A stretch of DNA of 64,000 bases from Eledone cirrhosa (Eukaryota). Under the pieces are notes generated by a model that saw only the letters and a program-made list of their open reading frames with translations, did no database searches and was not told the origin of the DNA. Of the stretch, positions 58,378 to 64,000 are shown one piece after another; the stretch's first letter is position 1; every line of letters starts with the position of its first letter. Location: positions 43,028,001-43,092,000 of the forward strand of contig OZ024742.1 in assembly GCA_964016885.1 (NCBI GenBank), in the 5' to 3' direction. The position numbers were made by a program, and so were the translations under genes.

Positions 58378-61300
58378 ACCAACTCACCATCTCATCTGAA
58401 CTAACAAGTTTATTGTGAAGCCTCAATGTTAGCCACCAACTCACCATCTCTTGTTAACTAACAACAGGTTTATTGTGAAGCCTCAATGTAGCCACCAACT
58501 AACAATCACTTGTTAACTAACAACAGGTTTATTGTGTAGCCTCAATGTTAGCCACCAACTCACCATTTCTTGTTAACTAACAACAAGTTTATTGTGAAGC
58601 CTCAATGTTAGCCACCAACTCACCATCTCTTGTTAACTAACAACAGGTTTATTGTGTAGCCTCAATGTTAGCCACCAACTCACCATCTCTTGTTAACTAA
58701 CAACAAGTTTATTGTGAAGCCTCAATGTTAGCCACCAACTCACCATCTCTTGTTAACTAACAACAGGTTTATTGTGTAGCCTCAATGTTAGCCACCAACT
58801 CACCATCTCTTGTTAACTAACAACAGGTTTATTGTGTAGCCTCAATGTTAGCCACCAACTCACCATCTCTTGTTAACTAACGACAGGTTTATTGTGTAGC
58901 CTCTTTGTTAGCCACCAACTCACCATCTCTAGTTAACTAACAACAAGTTTATTGTGAGGCCTCAATGTTAGCCACCAACTAACCATGTCTTGTTAACTAA
59001 CAACAGGTTTATTGTGTAGCCTCAATGTTAGCCACCAACTCACCATCTCTTGTTAACTAACAACAGGTTTATTGTGAGGCCTCAATGTTAGCCACCAACT
59101 CACCATCTCTTGTTAACTAACAACAAGTTTATTGTGAGGCCTCAATGTTAGCCACCAACTAACCATGTCTTGTTAACTAACAACAAGTTTATTGTGTAGC
59201 CTCAATGTTAGCCACCAACTCACCATCTCTTGTTAACTAACAACAGGTTTATTGTGTAGCCTCTTTGTTAGCCACCAACTCACCATCTCTTGTTAACTAA
59301 CAACAGGTTTATTGTGTAGCCTCAATGTAGCCACCAATTCACCATCTCTTGTTAACTAGCAACAGGTTTATTGTGTAGCCTTAATGTTAGCCACCAACTC
59401 ACCAACTCTTGTTAACTAACAACAGGTTTATTGTGTAGCCTCAATGTAGCCACCAATTCACCATCTCTTGTTAACTAGCAACAGGTTTATTGTGAAGCCT
59501 TAATGTTAGCCACCAACTCACCAACTCTTGTTAACTAACAAGTTTATTGTGTAGCCTCAATGTTAGCCACCAACTCACCATCTCTTGTTAACTAACAACA
59601 GGTTTATTGTGTAGCCTCAATGTAGCCACCAATTCACCATCTCTTGTTAACTAGCAACAGGTTTATTGTGAAGCCTTAATGTTAGCCACCAACTCACCAA
59701 CTCTTGTTAACTAACAAGTTTATTGTGTAGCCTCAATGTTAGCCACCAACTCACCATCTCTTGTTAACTAACAACAAGTTTATTGTGTAGCCTCAATGTT
59801 AGCCACCAACTCACCATCTCTTGTTAAATAACAACAGGTTTATTGTGTAGCCTCAATGTTAGGCACCAACTCACCATCTCTTGTTAACTAACAACAGGTT
59901 TATTGTGAAGCCTCAATGTTAGCCACCAACTCACCATCTCTTGTTAACTAACAACAGGTTTATTGTGTAGCCTCAATGTAGCCACCAACTCACCATCTCT
60001 TGTTAACTAACAAGTTTATTGTGAAGCCTCAATGTTAGCCACCAACTCCCCATCTCTTGTTAAATAACAACAGGTTTATTGTGTAGCCTCAATGTTAGGC
60101 ACCAACTCACCATCTCTTGTTAACTAACAACAGGTTTATTGTGAAGCCTCAATGTTAGCCACCAACTCACCATCTCTTGTTAACTAACAACAGGTTTATT
60201 GTGTAGCCTCAATGTAGCCACCAACTCACCATCTCTTGTTAACTAACAAGTTTATTGTGAAGCCTCAATGTTAGCCACCAACTCACCATCTCTTGTTAAC
60301 TAACAACAAGTTTATTGTGTAGCTTCAATGTTAGCCACCAACTCACCATCTCTTGTTAATTAACAACAAGTTTATTGTGAAGCCTCAATGTTAGCCACCA
60401 ACTTACCATCTCTTGTTAACTAACAACAGGTTTATTGTGAAGCCTCAATGTTAGCCACCAACTCACCATCTCTTGTTAACTAACAACAGGTTTATTGTGA
60501 AGCCTCAATGTTAGCCACCAACTCACCATCTCTTGTTAAATAACAACAGGTTTATTGTGTAGCCTCAATGTTAGCCACCAACTCACCATCTCTTGTTAAC
60601 TAACAACAAGTTTATTGTGTAGCTTCAATGTTAGCCACCAACTCACCATCTCTTGTTAACTAACAACAAGTTTATTGTGAAGCCTCAATGTTAGACACCA
60701 ACTCACCATCTCTTGTTAACTAACAAGTTTATTGTGAAGCCTCAATGTAGCCACCAACTCACCATCTCTTGTTAACTAACAACAAGTTTATTGTGAAGCC
60801 TCAATGTTAGCCACCAACTCACCATCTCTTGTTAACTAACAACAAGTTTATCGTGTAGCCTCAATGTTAGCCACCAACTCACCATCTCTTGTTAACTAAC
60901 AAGTTTATTGTGAAGCCTCAATGTTAGCCACCAACTCACCATCTCTTGTTAACTAACAACAAGTTTATTGTGTAGCCTCAATGTTAGCCACCAACTCACC
61001 ATCTCTTGTTAACTAAAAACAGGTTTATTGTGAAGCCTCAATGTTAGCCACCAACTCACCATCTCTTGTTAACTAACAAGTTTATTGTGAAGCCTCAATG
61101 TTAGCCACCAACTCACCATCTCTTGGTAACTAACAACAAGTTTATTGTGAAGCCTCAATGTTAGCCACCAACTCACCATCTCTTGTTAACTAACAACAAG
61201 TTTATTGTGAAGCCTCAATGTTAGACACCAACTCACCATCTCTTGTTAACTAACAAGTTTATTGTGAAGCCTCAATGTAGCCACCAACTCACCATCTCTT

Positions 61301-64000
61301 GTTAACTAACAACAGGTTTATTGTGTAGCCTCAATGTAGCCACCAACTCACCATCTCTTGTTAACTAACAAGTTTATTGTGAAGCCTCAATGTTAGCCAC
61401 CAACTCACCATCTCTTGTTAACTAACGACAGGTTTATTGTGAAGCCTCAATGTTAGCCACCAACTTACCATCTCTTGTTAACTAACAAGTTTATTGTGAA
61501 GCCTCAATGTTAGCCACCAACTCACCATCTCTTGTTAACTAACAACAGGTTTATTGTGAAGCCTCAATGTTAGCCACCAACTTACCATCTCTTGTTAACT
61601 AACAAGTTTATTGTGAAGCCTCAATGTTAGCCACCAACTCACCATCTCTTGGTAACTAACAACAAGTTTATTGTGTAGCCTCAATGTTAGCCACCAACTC
61701 ACCATCTCTTGGTAACTAACAACAGGTTTATTGTGTAGCTTCAATGTTAGCCACCAACTCACCATCTCTTGTTAACTAAAAACAGGTTTATTGTGAAGCC
61801 TCAATGTTAGCCACCAACTCACCATCTCTTGTTAACTAACAACAGGTTTATTGTGAAGCCTCAATGTTAGCCACCAACTTACCATCTCTTGTTAACTAAC
61901 AAGTTTATTGTGAAGCCTCAATGTTAGCCACCAACTCACCATCTCTTGGTAACTAACAACAAGTTTATTGTGTAGCCTCAATGTTAGCCACCAACTCACC
62001 ATCTCTTGTTAACTAACAAGTTTATTGTTTAAGCCTCAATGTAGCCACCAACTCACCATCTCTTGTTAACTAACAACAGGTTTATTGTGTAGCCTCAACG
62101 TTAGCCACCAACTCACCATCTCTTGTTAACTAACAACAGGTTTATTGTGAAGCCTCAATGTTAGCCACCAACTCACCATCTCTTGTTAACTAACAACAGG
62201 TTTATTGTGAAGCCTCAATGTTTGCCACCAACTCACCATCTCTTGTTAACTAACAACAGGTTTATTGTGTAGCCTCAATATTAGCCACCAACTCACCATC
62301 TCTTGTTAACTAACAAGATGTTTATTGTGTAGCCTCAATGTTAGCCACCAACTCACCATCTCTTGTTAACTAACAACAGGTTTATTGTGAAGCCTCAATG
62401 TTTGCCACCAACTCACCATCTCTTGTTAACTAACAACAGGTTTATTGTGAAGCCTCAATATTAGCCACCAACTCACCATCTCTTGTTAACTAACAACAGG
62501 TTTATTGTGAAGCCTCAATATTAGCCACCAACTCACCATCTCTTGTTAACTAACAACAGGTTTATTGTGAAGCCTCAATATTAGCCACCAACTCACCATC
62601 TCTTGTTAACTAACAACAGGTTTATTGTGAAGCCTCAATGTTTGCCACCAACTCACCATCTCTTGTTAACTAACAACAGGTTTATTGTGAAGCCTCAATA
62701 TTAGCCACCAACTCACCATCTCTTGTTAACTAACAACAAGTTTATTGTGAAGCCTCAATGTTAGCCACCAACTCACCATCTCTTGTTAACTAACAAGATG
62801 TTTATTGTGTAGCCTCAATGTTAGCCACCAACTTACCATCTCTTGTTAACTAACAACAGGTTTATTGTGAAGCCTCAATGTTAGCCACCAACTCACCATC
62901 TCTTGTTAACTAACAACAGGTTTATTGTGTAGCCTCAATGTTAGCCACCAACTCACCATCTCTTGTTAACTAACAAGATGTTTATTGTGTAGCCTCAATG
63001 TTAGCCACCAACTCACCATCTCTTGTTAACTAACAAGATGTTTATTGTGTAGCCTCAATGTAGCCACCAATTCACCATCTCTTGTTAACTAACAACAGGT
63101 TTATTGTGTAGCCTCAATGTTAGCCACCAACTCACCATCTCTTGTTAACTAACAAGATGTTTATTGTGTAGCCTCAATGTAGCCACCAACTCACCATCTC
63201 TTGTTAACTAACAACAGGTTTATTGTGTAGCCTCAATGTTAGCCACCAACTCACCATCTCTTGTTAACTAACAAGATGTTTATTGTGTAGCCTCAATGTT
63301 AGCCACCAACTTACCATCTCTTGTTAACTAACAACAGGTTTATTGTGAAGCCTCAATGTTAGCCACCAACTCACCATCTCTTGTTAACTAACAACATGTT
63401 TATTGTGAAGCCTCAATGTTAGCCACCAACTCACCATCTCTTGTTAACTAACAACAGGTTTATTGTGAAGCCTCAATGTTAGCCACCAACTCACCATCTC
63501 TTGTTAACTAACAAGATGTTTATTGTGTAGCCTCAATGTAGCCACCAACTCACCATCTCTTGTTAACTAACAACAGGTTTATTGTGTAGCCTCAATGTTA
63601 GCCACCAACTCACCATCTCTTGTTACCTAGCAACAGGTTTATTGTGTAGCCTCAATGTTAGCCACCAACTCACCATCTCTTGTTAACTAACAACAGGTTT
63701 ATTGTGTAGCCTCAATGTTAGCCACCAACTCACCATCTCTTGTTACCTAGCAACAGGTTTATTGTGTAGCCTCAATGTTAGCCACCAACTCACCATCTCT
63801 TGTTAACTAACAAGATGTTTATTGTGTAGCCTCAATGTAGCCACCAATTCACCATCTCTTGTTAACTAACAACAAGTTTATTGTGAAGCCTCAATGTTAG
63901 CCACCAACTCACCATCTCTTGTTAACTAACAAGTTTATTGTGAAGCCTCAATGTTAGCCACCAACTCACCATCTCTTGTTAACTAACAACAGGTTTATTG
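58378..64000. repeat. 60-bp tandem satellite (roughly 94 units, runs off the window)
   Basis: Consensus TAGCCACCAACTCACCATCTCTTGTTAACTAACAACAGGTTTATTGTGAAGCCTCAATGT with 57- and 59-bp variants. Confidence 0.97.

Noticed and set aside
58378-64000. CRISPR array or repetitive coding exon
   Set aside because: No unique spacers and a eukaryotic context; stop codons in all six frames of the unit, and 59-bp variants break frame

Overview
AT-rich, microsatellite-dense animal DNA, most likely a cephalopod (octopod) judging from the SINE families; this assignment is inferred. Almost all of it is transposon debris: Penelope-like elements (PLEs, mainly Naiad-type RT/GIY-YIG fragments) and their pseudo-LTRs in tandem or inverted arrangement, a deleted Ty3/Gypsy element with both LTRs, solo and tandem LTRs, CRE-type and Tx1-type non-LTR fragments, tRNA-derived SINEs, Helentron-like elements, and hAT and piggyBac MITEs. 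A near-identical 13.3-kb tandem duplication spans 25066-51616. The only host-gene signal is one carbonyl reductase (SDR) exon at 57535-57616, followed by a >5.6-kb 60-bp satellite. The notable layer is RNA. About 20 hammerhead ribozyme (HHR) motifs from many unrelated repeat families occur outside the duplicate copy, mostly minimal type I with a palindromic stem III. One repeat family (3839-3904, 4562-4627, 35019-35084, 35642-35700 and duplicates) appears to encode a non-circularly permuted hammerhead whose pairings covary between two subfamilies. Most ORFs in the supplied track are microsatellite artefacts.
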